From an uncultured bacterium (GTDB lineage: Bacteria > Bacteroidota > Bacteroidia > Chitinophagales > Chitinophagaceae): a DNA stretch of 64,000 nucleotides. Numbering within the stretch: the stretch's first letter is position 1; each line of letters starts with the position of its first letter. Positions 29,552 to 39,067 of the stretch are shown here, in pieces. Position numbers and translations under genes: made by a program. Under the pieces are notes generated by a model. The model was not told the origin of the DNA, ran no database searches, and saw only the letters and a program-made list of their open reading frames with translations. The DNA is taken from the NCBI GenBank assembly GCA_903826405.1, contig CAIKEH010000054.1, positions 8,027 to 72,026 on the forward strand. The letters run 5' to 3'.

Positions 29552-29952
29552 ATGAGATCATCGTTTGAGTTCCAATATAATTAAAATATCTCTTTCCATC
29601 ATCCGAGAGATAACCCAAACATCGCGAGCCATCATTACCATTACACAGTGGCCGGTTTATAGAAGAAATATCCTGACCAACTATTTCAATCCACATTCAG
29701 GTGGCAATGACGTCAAAAGAAAATAAATAAATGGGAAAAACCATCAGGTCGAACAGGAACTTAGGGATGATGCGGTTTGATACTTCTACTCATGGACATC
29801 TACCTTTCTAAAGGGAGTTTCAAATGAGGAGATGGGAAAAATTCAACATTCGTGTTGAACACCAGTCTTCAAACAGTAAAAATAAGCGCCGAATCATTTT
29901 GAAATGCTTTAAGCAAATTCGGAATGAATTCATTCAGACCAAGCACGAAACT

Positions 29953-30702
29953 TCAGTGCGGCAAAATCATCTGCACGAAAAAATACAGAACAGATGGACA
30001 CAATAAACAACCCATAGCGGTATGAAAAGTTGCTGTTAAGGCTCCATAAGGAACCAATTTCAGATCAGTGGCCGCCAAACCTGCCGTTACCCCACTGGTG
30101 GACCCTACCAACCCACCGAATATCATGGCAGTTTGTGGATTATCGATACCCAATCTTTTCGCCAAAAAAGGAGTTGATATAGTTACCACCACGGATTTGA
30201 CCACTCCGATAGCAATACTTATGGCGATCACTTCACTGGATGCTCCCAATGCTGAACCGGTTACCGGACCCACGATGAAAGTACATGCGCCCGCACCAAT
30301 GGTTGCGAAACTCTTGGCATCCTTATATCCCATGGCATAACCGATTGTGCCGCCAACCACAAAAGCGACTATGGTACCCATAACCAAAACCACCAAACCG
30401 ATCCAACCTGTTTTTTTGATCTCTTGAAAATTGGCGCCCATGGCGGTGGACACGATGGAGAAATCCCTTAACATGGAACCACCCAGAAGTGCCATTCCTG
30501 AAAAAGCAGGAATCGAAGCCAACCCCTTTTCTCCTCCGAAATAGGCTATGATCAAACCCATGCTGATGGCAATGGCCGCTCCCGGAATCTTACTTCCAGT
30601 GAAATTTCTGGAAATGTAATATGCCAAATACATGATGGTACCGACAACCAAAAAGGCGAATACCAATCCGTTTTTATCTAAAATGTTTATGAGATCCTTC
30701 AC
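29953..30702 (-). CDS. madM: Malonate transporter subunit MadM
   Basis: GGSMLRDFSIVST, GAGACTFIVGPVTG, LVPYGALTATFHT. Confidence 0.88.
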   Translation of the reverse strand: MKDLINILDKNGLVFAFLVVGTIMYLAYYISRNFTGSKIPGAAIAISMGLIIAYFGGEKGLASIPAFSGMALLGGSMLRDFSIVSTAMGANFQEIKKTGWIGLVVLVMGTIVAFVVGGTIGYAMGYKDAKSFATIGAGACTFIVGPVTGSALGASSEVIAISIAIGVVKSVVVTISTPFLAKRLGIDNPQTAMIFGGLVGSTSGVTAGLAATDLKLVPYGALTATFHTAMGCLLCPSVLYFFVQMILPH

Positions 30703-30711
30703 GATTGAAAT

Positions 30712-31068
30712 TTATTTTTTAGTGAACCTTGAAAATACCGGGATCAGCAGGTAACAGGCTGCTGTACCCAGGATGCCCGCTAGGATAACAACCCATCCAC
30801 CCGATAATGCAGCTTTGACATTCTGAATGGCCGACATGGCGACCACTACAGGAATATAAATGCTGCCCCAGAATAACATCCCATTTTCCGTCTCAGGGGT
30901 CATCAAGTGGTTTTTCTTGAAATAATCGTTCAGCAACATCAATAGCAACATGGAAAAGCCCACCCCCCCCAGGTTTCCGGGCAGATGAAATAGCCGTCCC
31001 AAATAATCCCCCAAAATATGCCCGGCCAAAAAACATACCGCTAAAATGGACACTCCATAAATCTTCAT
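30712..31068 (-). CDS. madL: Malonate transporter subunit MadL; start moved to MKIYGV
   Basis: MKIYGV..., NLGGVGFSM, FWGSIYIPVVVAM; next to madM. Confidence 0.88.
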   Translation of the reverse strand: MKIYGVSILAVCFLAGHILGDYLGRLFHLPGNLGGVGFSMLLLMLLNDYFKKNHLMTPETENGMLFWGSIYIPVVVAMSAIQNVKAALSGGWVVILAGILGTAACYLLIPVFSRFTKK

Positions 31069-31250
31069 ATGTGATACTGTTTGTACTGACTTTAAAAATC
31101 CCATTTCGTGCACTTCACGAATGGATGAATGCGATCACCTTCGGAGAACAACAGTAAATATATGCCCTCGACACACTGACATGATACATATTGATTTCAC
31201 ACTGATTCGGACAAATACCTAAAGATATGTACAGCTCATTCCCAGTAAAA

Positions 31251-32747
31251 TCACAAGAAGCATTTTTTGACTTCATTTTTCATCACTTTACCCATGGCGT
31301 TCCGCGGCAATTCCGATAATATGATGAATTTACGAGGCCGTTTATATCCTGCTATTCTTTGTAACAACCAATCATTCATGCCATCCACATTGAATTGATC
31401 CGCTCCTCCCTTGGACAACACCAGGGCTGCCGCAACCAATTCACCCCATTCTTCATCTTCCAGACCAACAACCGCACATTCACCTATCCATTCATGGGCT
31501 CGCAACACTTCCTCGATCTCAAGAGCGGAAATCTTGTACCCGCCGGATTTGATGATGTCCACGGAATTCCTTCCCATGATCCGATAATAACCATTCTCGA
31601 CCACGGCAACATCTCCGGTTTTGAACCATCCGTCGATTGTGAAACTTTCTTTAGTCGCATCAGGTTTTCCCCAATATTCTTTGAACACATTGGGCCCTTT
31701 GACCAAAATCTCGCCGGGACTCCCCAATGCAACTTCCCGATGATTTTCATCCACCAGTTTAACCTCAACGGTAGGTAAGGGTACGCCCACATATCCTGGT
31801 CTGCGTTCACCATGATATGGATTACTGATCGCCATTCCCAATTCCGTCATGCCATACCTCTCCAGCAAAACATGACCGCTGATTTCGCCCCATTTCTCCA
31901 TAACCGATACGGGTAACGCCGCTGAACCTGAAACCATCAATCTGAAGGAACGCATGATATGGCTGAGGGTCGATCTTTGTTCGGCCGACAGGGTTTCGTA
32001 ATGAGCAACAAGCTTGAAATAGATGGTGGGTACCGCCATGAAAATATTGATCTGGCCTTCTCCGAATGATCTGAAAGTAGCTTCGGAGGAGAAATGGTCA
32101 ATGAATGAACAGGTTGCGCCAGCCCAGAGGGAGCAACAGACCACATTGATAATGCCATGCACATGATGCAGCGGAAGAACACATAAAATATGATCATGCT
32201 CACTCCACTCCCAAAATTTGATGAGCGTGCTGATCTGGGCTTCGATGTTCAAATGCGTGGTAACGACACCTTTGGGTTTATTGGTAGTGCCACTCGTATA
32301 CAGGATGAGGGCATTCCTGCTCGGATCCACATCAGGCAGATCAAGGCCATCATCACTCACTGCATGGGCATGTTCAAGGACAATCAAAGTCAATTGATTG
32401 CTCTCTGCATATTCCCTCAGAATGGCAGACAAGTCTTCGGAAACCAATAAAATCGCAGCGCCCGTATCTTCAATGACATACTGTAAAGATGGTAATGGAT
32501 GAGTCAAACATAAGGGAACCGCCACTCCGCCAGCCAGCCATATGGCCCACAGGCTTCTTACATAGTCAAACCCAGGATGTACCATGAAAGCAATCCGCGC
32601 TTGGTGCAGATCGACACTCCCCGATAATAAGATCCGGGCCAGATCCCGGGAGCTATTCAACAAGGTGGAATAGTTATGGCCACTGCCATCTTTCCGAATG
32701 GCCGTTCTGCCGGCATATTTCTGAGCTTGTTTGAAAACCTCGAGCAT
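31251..32747 (-). CDS. Acyl-CoA synthetase, probable malonyl-CoA synthetase (MatB/ACSF3-like)
   Basis: YTSGTTNKPKG, LPLHHVHG, ERYGMTE, WFKTGD, PRNAMGKV; upstream of madLM. Confidence 0.8.
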   Translation of the reverse strand: MLEVFKQAQKYAGRTAIRKDGSGHNYSTLLNSSRDLARILLSGSVDLHQARIAFMVHPGFDYVRSLWAIWLAGGVAVPLCLTHPLPSLQYVIEDTGAAILLVSEDLSAILREYAESNQLTLIVLEHAHAVSDDGLDLPDVDPSRNALILYTSGTTNKPKGVVTTHLNIEAQISTLIKFWEWSEHDHILCVLPLHHVHGIINVVCCSLWAGATCSFIDHFSSEATFRSFGEGQINIFMAVPTIYFKLVAHYETLSAEQRSTLSHIMRSFRLMVSGSAALPVSVMEKWGEISGHVLLERYGMTELGMAISNPYHGERRPGYVGVPLPTVEVKLVDENHREVALGSPGEILVKGPNVFKEYWGKPDATKESFTIDGWFKTGDVAVVENGYYRIMGRNSVDIIKSGGYKISALEIEEVLRAHEWIGECAVVGLEDEEWGELVAAALVLSKGGADQFNVDGMNDWLLQRIAGYKRPRKFIILSELPRNAMGKVMKNEVKKCFL

Positions 32748-33023
32748 TCCTCACGTTTTTTATATAATTCAATCTGCACTCCATAAACCCCAAATCGACC
32801 CTGAAAAAAATCCCGGATAATTTTCAGATCCCAACATCCCGAGAAATCTTAAAAAAAGAAACCGGATACCCTCAAATTAAATGTTGTGAAAGGCTATCTA
32901 TGTTTTTCTTGGGTAGGGATCCTGTAAGGTGAATTTCTACATGAACAGTCGGCACCATAAAATCGATCATAATGTACGGTCTCTTTACATAAGATCGAAT
33001 GGTGACAGGGAAGTCTGCATAGC

Positions 33024-34190
33024 TTATTTGACCACAGAGAAAACATAAACGGTCCTCGAACTGTAGGTCTGGCCGGGGTTTAAGACCACCGTAGGAAAAG
33101 AGGGTTGGTTAGGACTGTCCGGATAATGCTGTGTCTCGAGGCACAAGCCCGTGCGATATTCATAAACGGAACCCTTCCCTATCTCCGAGCCATCCAGAAA
33201 ATTACCGCAGTAGAATTGTACTGCAGGTTCTGTACTGAAGATCTGCATCATACGACCAAATTCTGGTTCCGTCACTTTGGCGACCGCTCTCAGGGATCCC
33301 GATGCCGTCCTGTCCGTAAGCACAAAATTGTGATCATATCCCTTCCCGAAGGTGATCTGTTCGTCTGAGGCGCCTACCCTTTCGCCTATGGTGTGGGGAG
33401 TAGTGAAATCAAATGCCGTTCCGGCCACCTTTCGTACCTCACCTGTAGGGATCAATGTACTGTCCACAGGAGTGAATGAGTCTGCAAAAAGTTGAAGCTG
33501 GTGACCCAGTATATCACCGTTTCCTTGTCCGCGCAGGTTGAAATAAGTATGATTGGAAATATTCAACACGGTGGATCTGTCCGTAGTAGCCTTGTAGTCG
33601 ATGGCAAGTGTGTTGCTGTCAGAAAGTGTATAGGTGACTTCTACATCAAGATTGCCAGGATACCCCTCCTCCCCGTCCCTGCTGAGGTAATGGAAACGGA
33701 TGGAACCAGTTGATTCCTTGGCCTCCCAAGCAACCTTATCGAATCCTTTTTTACCTCCATGAAGAGAATTGGGTCCATTATTGGTAGACAGTGTGTATTT
33801 CTTTCCATTCAAAGAGAAACGTCCTTTTGCGACGCGATTAGCATATCTGCCCACAATGGCACCGAAATAGGATTTACCCTTACGATAACCTTGAAGGCTG
33901 TCGTAGCCCAGGGCAATATCAGCCCATTTGCCATCTCTATCCTTCATCAGGATCGAAACGATGCTGGCGCCGTAATTGGTCAGGCGGATCTCCATACCGT
34001 CTTTGTTCTTGAGTGTATACATCGCAATGGATCTGCCATCCAGTGTATCCATGAATGCGGCCGGATCGGGAACTGCAGGACTGCTCGTAACCGGGACATG
34101 CTCATTTTTCATTTTATCCGCTTCGGGGTTCTTACATGCATTCAAACCACAGATCAATAAAATGAGGATGAAGGAAGGTTTAATTTTCAT
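33024..34190 (-). CDS. galM: Aldose 1-epimerase (mutarotase), lipoprotein signal
   Basis: GRYANR, NSLHGG, NHTYFNL, GYDHNF, CLETQHYPDSPN; LNAC lipobox. Confidence 0.93.
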   Translation of the reverse strand: MKIKPSFILILLICGLNACKNPEADKMKNEHVPVTSSPAVPDPAAFMDTLDGRSIAMYTLKNKDGMEIRLTNYGASIVSILMKDRDGKWADIALGYDSLQGYRKGKSYFGAIVGRYANRVAKGRFSLNGKKYTLSTNNGPNSLHGGKKGFDKVAWEAKESTGSIRFHYLSRDGEEGYPGNLDVEVTYTLSDSNTLAIDYKATTDRSTVLNISNHTYFNLRGQGNGDILGHQLQLFADSFTPVDSTLIPTGEVRKVAGTAFDFTTPHTIGERVGASDEQITFGKGYDHNFVLTDRTASGSLRAVAKVTEPEFGRMMQIFSTEPAVQFYCGNFLDGSEIGKGSVYEYRTGLCLETQHYPDSPNQPSFPTVVLNPGQTYSSRTVYVFSVVK

Positions 34191-34206
34191 ATGATCTACT
34201 TTGTGA

Positions 34207-35358
34207 TTATGATTTTGATGCGCCGTCGTCGGTGACCACGGTATAATGCTTCAGGACGATCCCTGTAGCCTCCTGATAGGCTTGCTTTATTCGGAACAAC
34301 AACTGGTCCAATCCATTTTCCTGAACGAGATTGATCGTGCATCCACCAAACCCACCGCCCATCATCCGAGATCCAAGTATCGTGGGCTCTTCATCAGCAA
34401 GGGTTGAAAGCAGGTCAAGTTCACGACAACTCACTTCATAATCATCCCTCAATCCCCGATGCGACCCTTTCATCAATTCACCTACCCGGGAAAGATCCCC
34501 CTGGCGCATGGCCTCGCAGGTGCGCAAAACCCGATCATTCTCTTCGATCACAAATCGGCATCTTCTGAAAATGACCGGGTCAAATTCATGCTGATGGGAA
34601 AAAAGTTCCTGCAGGTCCACGTCACGCAGACTTTCCACTCCGGCTCTGGCTTTAGATATGATCCTCACACCTGCTTCACACTCATTTCTCCTGGTGTTGT
34701 ATTCAGTATTGGCAAGTGAGTGTTTGACACCGGTATCCAATAATACGATCTTATGCCCGAGCAGGTCCAGGGGAAACAATTCATAATCGAGTGATTGGCA
34801 ATCCAACCGGAGAGCATGGCCTTTCTTTCCGTTCAGGCTGGCGAACATGTCCATAATGCCGCACTGCAAGCCTATGAATTGATTCTCCGCCCTTTGCACC
34901 AGGAGTGCCAATTCCTTCCTCCCATATTCAAGACCAAGCCAATCGTTCAATGCCCAGGCTACGACTGACTGGAGGGCGGCGGAGGAACTCAGGCCCGAAC
35001 CAATGGGGACATCTGCCATGATCAATGCATTGAATGCCGGAACTGCATGACCCAGCTCTTGGAATTGCTTGACCACACCCAGAATGTAATTTGCCCAGTG
35101 ATGGCTTGATCTTTCCACGACATCAAGGTCTGCATAACACTCATCGTTGAAATCCGCGGAAACCCAATGAGATCGGGCATCTTCAGCGGGTGCAATGGCC
35201 ATCCAGGCAGCCTTGTCTATGGCCGCGGGCAATACGAAGCCCATGTTGTAATCGGTATGCTCCCCGATGATATTGACACGTCCAGGTGCCCTATAGATAC
35301 GGGGCACAGAACTGAACCTGGCCGTGAATTGCTGTCGGAGATCATCTATCGCTATCAT
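34207..35358 (-). CDS. galK: Galactokinase
   Basis: APGRVNIIGEHTDYN, GSGLSSSAA, CGIMD, GSRMMGGGFGG. Confidence 0.95.
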   Translation of the reverse strand: MIAIDDLRQQFTARFSSVPRIYRAPGRVNIIGEHTDYNMGFVLPAAIDKAAWMAIAPAEDARSHWVSADFNDECYADLDVVERSSHHWANYILGVVKQFQELGHAVPAFNALIMADVPIGSGLSSSAALQSVVAWALNDWLGLEYGRKELALLVQRAENQFIGLQCGIMDMFASLNGKKGHALRLDCQSLDYELFPLDLLGHKIVLLDTGVKHSLANTEYNTRRNECEAGVRIISKARAGVESLRDVDLQELFSHQHEFDPVIFRRCRFVIEENDRVLRTCEAMRQGDLSRVGELMKGSHRGLRDDYEVSCRELDLLSTLADEEPTILGSRMMGGGFGGCTINLVQENGLDQLLFRIKQAYQEATGIVLKHYTVVTDDGASKS

Positions 35359-35423
35359 GGCGTACGTTTCGGGAAGTACTCAAGCTAAGCAAAAAACCAT
35401 TCCGATGCATCCTGATCATTCCA

Positions 35424-36419
35424 TCATATGGAGAGCAACAAACTGCATCCCCGGATATCGCTGTTATCCAATCTGCCCAGCACTTCAAAAGAACCATCTT
35501 CATGCATTCGACCAAGATCATCGGTCGCAATAAAAGCACAGGAATGTCGGTTGGCCAGATCGATGATATTGATCACCCCTTCTTTCAATGGCTGACCCTG
35601 CGAGTCGGTAAAAGAGAAGGGATCATCCTCTGCCCTCAATATCACTTTCATCCAAGGGGGGCAATGAAATAAACCTCCCCCTTTTGAATAAGCTTGGGAA
35701 AGCAATTCGGTCATGCCATATTCAGAATGTATTTGACCAACCCCTAACTGTTCGATCAACTGACCATGCAACTGGTTCCTAGTAAGTTCCTCCCTCCTTC
35801 CTTTCATACCTCCGGTCTCCATAATAGTGGTGTAATTCAACTTCATGGGGAACAATTCTGCAAAATCAAGCAAGGCGAAGCCCACTCCGATCAATAATGT
35901 CTTCTGACTCAGTGCTTCCATACGGAGTAATTGGGCATGCAATTCGGGATATTGGTATAAAAGGAAACCACTTTCCCGGTGTCCGGAAAGTCGTATCAGT
36001 TCATCGACCATGAATACCAGGGACGAATTTCCTCTTTCGAGATACGAGGGAAGCAGCCCGATAATGCACCATTCAGAGGGGTTGCCATAAAAATTCCGGA
36101 AACAACGGGTGAAACTTTCCCGATAAAGCTCTAGGCTACGTACCGCATGACGGCTGGTCACGGCCCCTGTGGTACCACTGCTTTCAAAAACAGCCTCGGG
36201 TTCAAAGACACCTGTGACTACGAAATGAGACTTGAATAAGGAAACGGGCAGAAATGGAATGTCTGCGATTCTTTTCACTTTTCGGGATAAAGCGGGTAGA
36301 TTGTCCACGAAGTTCCTGTAAACCGGGTTTCCCCGATACTGCAGGCTGAAGGTTTCCAGAACCTTGACCTCGAATCCTGAGGCATGATTTTCGAATATGG
36401 TTTTCGCTGTTTCCTCCAT
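35424..36419 (-). CDS. LuxE-like acyl-protein synthetase / acyl transferase; start moved from 36557 to MEETAK
   Basis: FESSGTTG, SSLVFM, METGGMKG, SEYGMTELLSQ, TDDLG, VLGR; adenylate-forming. Confidence 0.75.
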   Translation of the reverse strand: MEETAKTIFENHASGFEVKVLETFSLQYRGNPVYRNFVDNLPALSRKVKRIADIPFLPVSLFKSHFVVTGVFEPEAVFESSGTTGAVTSRHAVRSLELYRESFTRCFRNFYGNPSEWCIIGLLPSYLERGNSSLVFMVDELIRLSGHRESGFLLYQYPELHAQLLRMEALSQKTLLIGVGFALLDFAELFPMKLNYTTIMETGGMKGRREELTRNQLHGQLIEQLGVGQIHSEYGMTELLSQAYSKGGGLFHCPPWMKVILRAEDDPFSFTDSQGQPLKEGVINIIDLANRHSCAFIATDDLGRMHEDGSFEVLGRLDNSDIRGCSLLLSI

Positions 36420-36473
36420 TGAAAATAGGTTATTCAGGCAGGAACGGTTAAATTCGTGTAAGCAAATCCCCTC

Positions 36474-36926
36474 ATGTTGAAAAGGATCCCTTCCATAATC
36501 GTTGTGCTGATCCTGTCGGTCATCATTGCCTTTTCCTGCAGCAAAGATACTTTTCAAAGTAAACCACAGCTATTTTTAAAAGGAGTGAATACGACGGTGG
36601 TCCCTGCCAACGGATACTTGCAGATCACCATGAGGCTTACCGATAAAGAAGGTGACTTCTACGATACGATCTGGGTCCAGAAAAAAACCACCCGTTGCCC
36701 ACAGAGCAATTTCGCCGACTCCCTTAAATACCGATTCCCTACCGATGCTCCAAGAAACCTGAATTTCGATGGCGAGGTCGTTTTGACCTTGGACTACAAT
36801 CTCGATGGATTGCAGCCAGCCTGCATCAAGCCGGATACCGCAGTATTCAGTTTTTGGATGAAGGATGCGAAGGGCAACCTCAGTGATACTGTGAGAACGC
36901 CATCTATCATCATCCTGAAACCCTGA
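36474..36926 (+). CDS. Hypothetical lipoprotein
   Basis: Signal ending AFSC; LTDKEGD motif; open 150 codons. Confidence 0.65.
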   Translation: MLKRIPSIIVVLILSVIIAFSCSKDTFQSKPQLFLKGVNTTVVPANGYLQITMRLTDKEGDFYDTIWVQKKTTRCPQSNFADSLKYRFPTDAPRNLNFDGEVVLTLDYNLDGLQPACIKPDTAVFSFWMKDAKGNLSDTVRTPSIIILKP

Positions 36927-37771
36927 TGCTCCGGTTGTGTCGTCACCTTCTTCATTTTTTCATTTATCCGAACTTGCTCTTGGTTCTTTGTTCCTTGCTT
37001 ATGGGCAAGCAGACCATCGATTTGTTCCACCTCAAAGGGGTAAATCCTGCTTTACTCCCATTCATCGCATCTGCAACCCTATGCAGTTATAGCCTGCATT
37101 GGTATCTTACCCCTTCACACCTTTCTTCCTCTCCAAGGATCGCCTGGAACAGCACCCATAAGAACCAGTTGCAATTGCTTTTCTTTGTTGGCATCTTCGG
37201 ATCATTCCTGTTTTTCATCCCACTGAAAGATCATTTTCTCGCCATCGGTATAGCAGTTGTTATCGCATTCCTGTATACCGCACCCAAGATCCCCGCATCG
37301 GGCAATCCACTTCATGGGAAGACAATGGTAGGCAAGACTTTCCTGCTCGCATCCACCTGGATGTATGTGACCACCTTATTGCCCATGCTCGTGAGTGAAC
37401 AAACCATTACACCACCTGCTGCCTGGTTCTGCGGATCCAGATTCTGCCTTATTTATTCCATTTGCATACTTTTCGATTTCAAAGATCAGGAAGACGATCG
37501 TCGTCAGGGTATCCAAAGTCTGCCCACCCTCTTCAATGAAGAGCAAGTTCGATCGCTTTATTACCTGTCGCTGGTTGCTTTTACCCTTTGCACAGTGGCT
37601 TTCGGCATGCCATTGGGATTGCGGACCTTTTCAGTCTTATTACTTCCTGGTTGCATCGCTGCCGCCATATACCCCCATGCAATAAGAAGTCGTTCGGATC
37701 TCACCTATTATGTGTTCCTGGACGGCTTGATGGCGCTTTCATCGGCGATCACCCTAATCCTGCCATTTTGA
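36926..37771 (+). CDS. UbiA prenyltransferase-like membrane protein
   Basis: Multiple TM segments; FLYT.P; Asp-rich FDFKDQEDDRRQGIQSLP. Confidence 0.7.
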   Translation: MLRLCRHLLHFFIYPNLLLVLCSLLMGKQTIDLFHLKGVNPALLPFIASATLCSYSLHWYLTPSHLSSSPRIAWNSTHKNQLQLLFFVGIFGSFLFFIPLKDHFLAIGIAVVIAFLYTAPKIPASGNPLHGKTMVGKTFLLASTWMYVTTLLPMLVSEQTITPPAAWFCGSRFCLIYSICILFDFKDQEDDRRQGIQSLPTLFNEEQVRSLYYLSLVAFTLCTVAFGMPLGLRTFSVLLLPGCIAAAIYPHAIRSRSDLTYYVFLDGLMALSSAITLILPF

Positions 37772-37772
37772 G

Positions 37773-37780
37773 TATATTTG
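37773..37780 (+). promoter_or_regulatory. -7 promoter element for the M42 peptidase operon
   Basis: tatatttg 19 nt before the TTG start. Confidence 0.5.
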
Positions 37781-37799
37781 AGTACAAAATCAACACAAC

Positions 37800-38912
37800 T
37801 TGGCCAAAGCAAAAACATCCCGTAAAAAAAGCATAGTCACCGATGAGTCCCTTGCATTCCTGAAGAAGTACATCAATAATGCATCTCCGACGGGTTTTGA
37901 GTCAGGTGGACAGAAACTCTGGCTCAATTACATCAAACCCTTCGTGGACACCCATATCACAGACCCATATGGTTCTGCAGCCGGCATCATCAACGCTGAT
38001 TCACCATTCAAAGTAGTCATCGAAGCGCATGCAGATGAGATCAGTTGGTTCGTGAATTACATCACTCCGGATGGACTCATCTACTTGAAACGGAATGGAG
38101 GGGTGGACCATCAGGTTGCTCCGGGCAAAAGAGTGATCATTCATGGCCGCAAGGGCCCGGTAAAAGCAGTATTCGGCTGGCCAGCCATCCATACCCGTAT
38201 GGGCAATCCGGAAAGCAAGGAACCCTCACCTCGCGTGGACAACCTCTTCCTGGACTGCGGGGCAAGAAGCAAAAAAGAAGTGGAGGCAACAGGGATACAT
38301 ATAGGAGCAGTAGCCACATATGAGGATGGATTCGAAGAATTATCCTATGGATATTATATCGGACGTGCGATGGACAACCGTATCGGAGGTTTCATGATCG
38401 CAGAGGTGGCCAGGCTGCTGAAGGAGAACAAGAAAAAATTACCGTACGGACTTTATGTAGTCAATGCAGTACAGGAAGAGATAGGTCTTCGTGGGGCGGA
38501 AATGATGGCCAGAAGGATCAAACCGAACATCGCCATCATCACGGATGTTACCCACGACACGACCACGCCCATGGTCAACAAGATCATAGAAGGTGATGTT
38601 GCTTGTGGTAAAGGGCCATCCCTTGCCTACGGTCCTGCCGTACACAACAAACTCATCGACATCGTGGAGGCAACAGCAGCCAAACAAAAGATCCCCGTTC
38701 AGATGAGGACCGTAAGCCGCAGTACCGGTACGGATACAGATTCCTTTGCGTATGCTAACGACGGATGCCCCTCGGTACTCATATCGATTCCGCTCCGTTA
38801 CATGCACACTCCCGTCGAAATGCTTCATAAGGACGACATCGAGAATACCATTAAACTTATGTATGAAACCCTACTGACACTAAGCCCTAAAACAAACCTC
38901 AGTTATTTTTGA
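37800..38912 (+). CDS. M42 family aminopeptidase
   Basis: EAHADEI, AMDNRIG, QEEIGLRGA, TDV, RYMHTPVE. Confidence 0.9.
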   Translation: MAKAKTSRKKSIVTDESLAFLKKYINNASPTGFESGGQKLWLNYIKPFVDTHITDPYGSAAGIINADSPFKVVIEAHADEISWFVNYITPDGLIYLKRNGGVDHQVAPGKRVIIHGRKGPVKAVFGWPAIHTRMGNPESKEPSPRVDNLFLDCGARSKKEVEATGIHIGAVATYEDGFEELSYGYYIGRAMDNRIGGFMIAEVARLLKENKKKLPYGLYVVNAVQEEIGLRGAEMMARRIKPNIAIITDVTHDTTTPMVNKIIEGDVACGKGPSLAYGPAVHNKLIDIVEATAAKQKIPVQMRTVSRSTGTDTDSFAYANDGCPSVLISIPLRYMHTPVEMLHKDDIENTIKLMYETLLTLSPKTNLSYF

Positions 38913-39061
38913 TGCATCTCCATCTACTTTATGTCGATCCAGGTAGCGGAAGCTATCTCGTCCAGGTCATCATAGCCGGAGTGCTCGGTATTGCATTCTA
39001 TTTCAAATCCAGCTGGAACTATTTAAGATCACTGTTCCGCAGGAATAAAAAAGGAGAATGA
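38912..39061 (+). CDS. 49-aa single-TM microprotein with YVDPGSGS motif (not in ORF track)
   Basis: Hand translation MHLHLLYVDPGSGSYLVQVIIAGVLGIAFYFKSSWNYLRSLFRRNKKGE; start overlaps the upstream stop (TGATG); stop lies 6 nt before the next ATG. Confidence 0.75.
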   Translation: MHLHLLYVDPGSGSYLVQVIIAGVLGIAFYFKSSWNYLRSLFRRNKKGE

Positions 39062-39067
39062 TCATCC

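Noticed and set aside
35424-36419. Bioluminescence (lux) locus
   Set aside because: No luxA, B, C or D in the window; lone LuxE-like genes are common in Bacteroidota.
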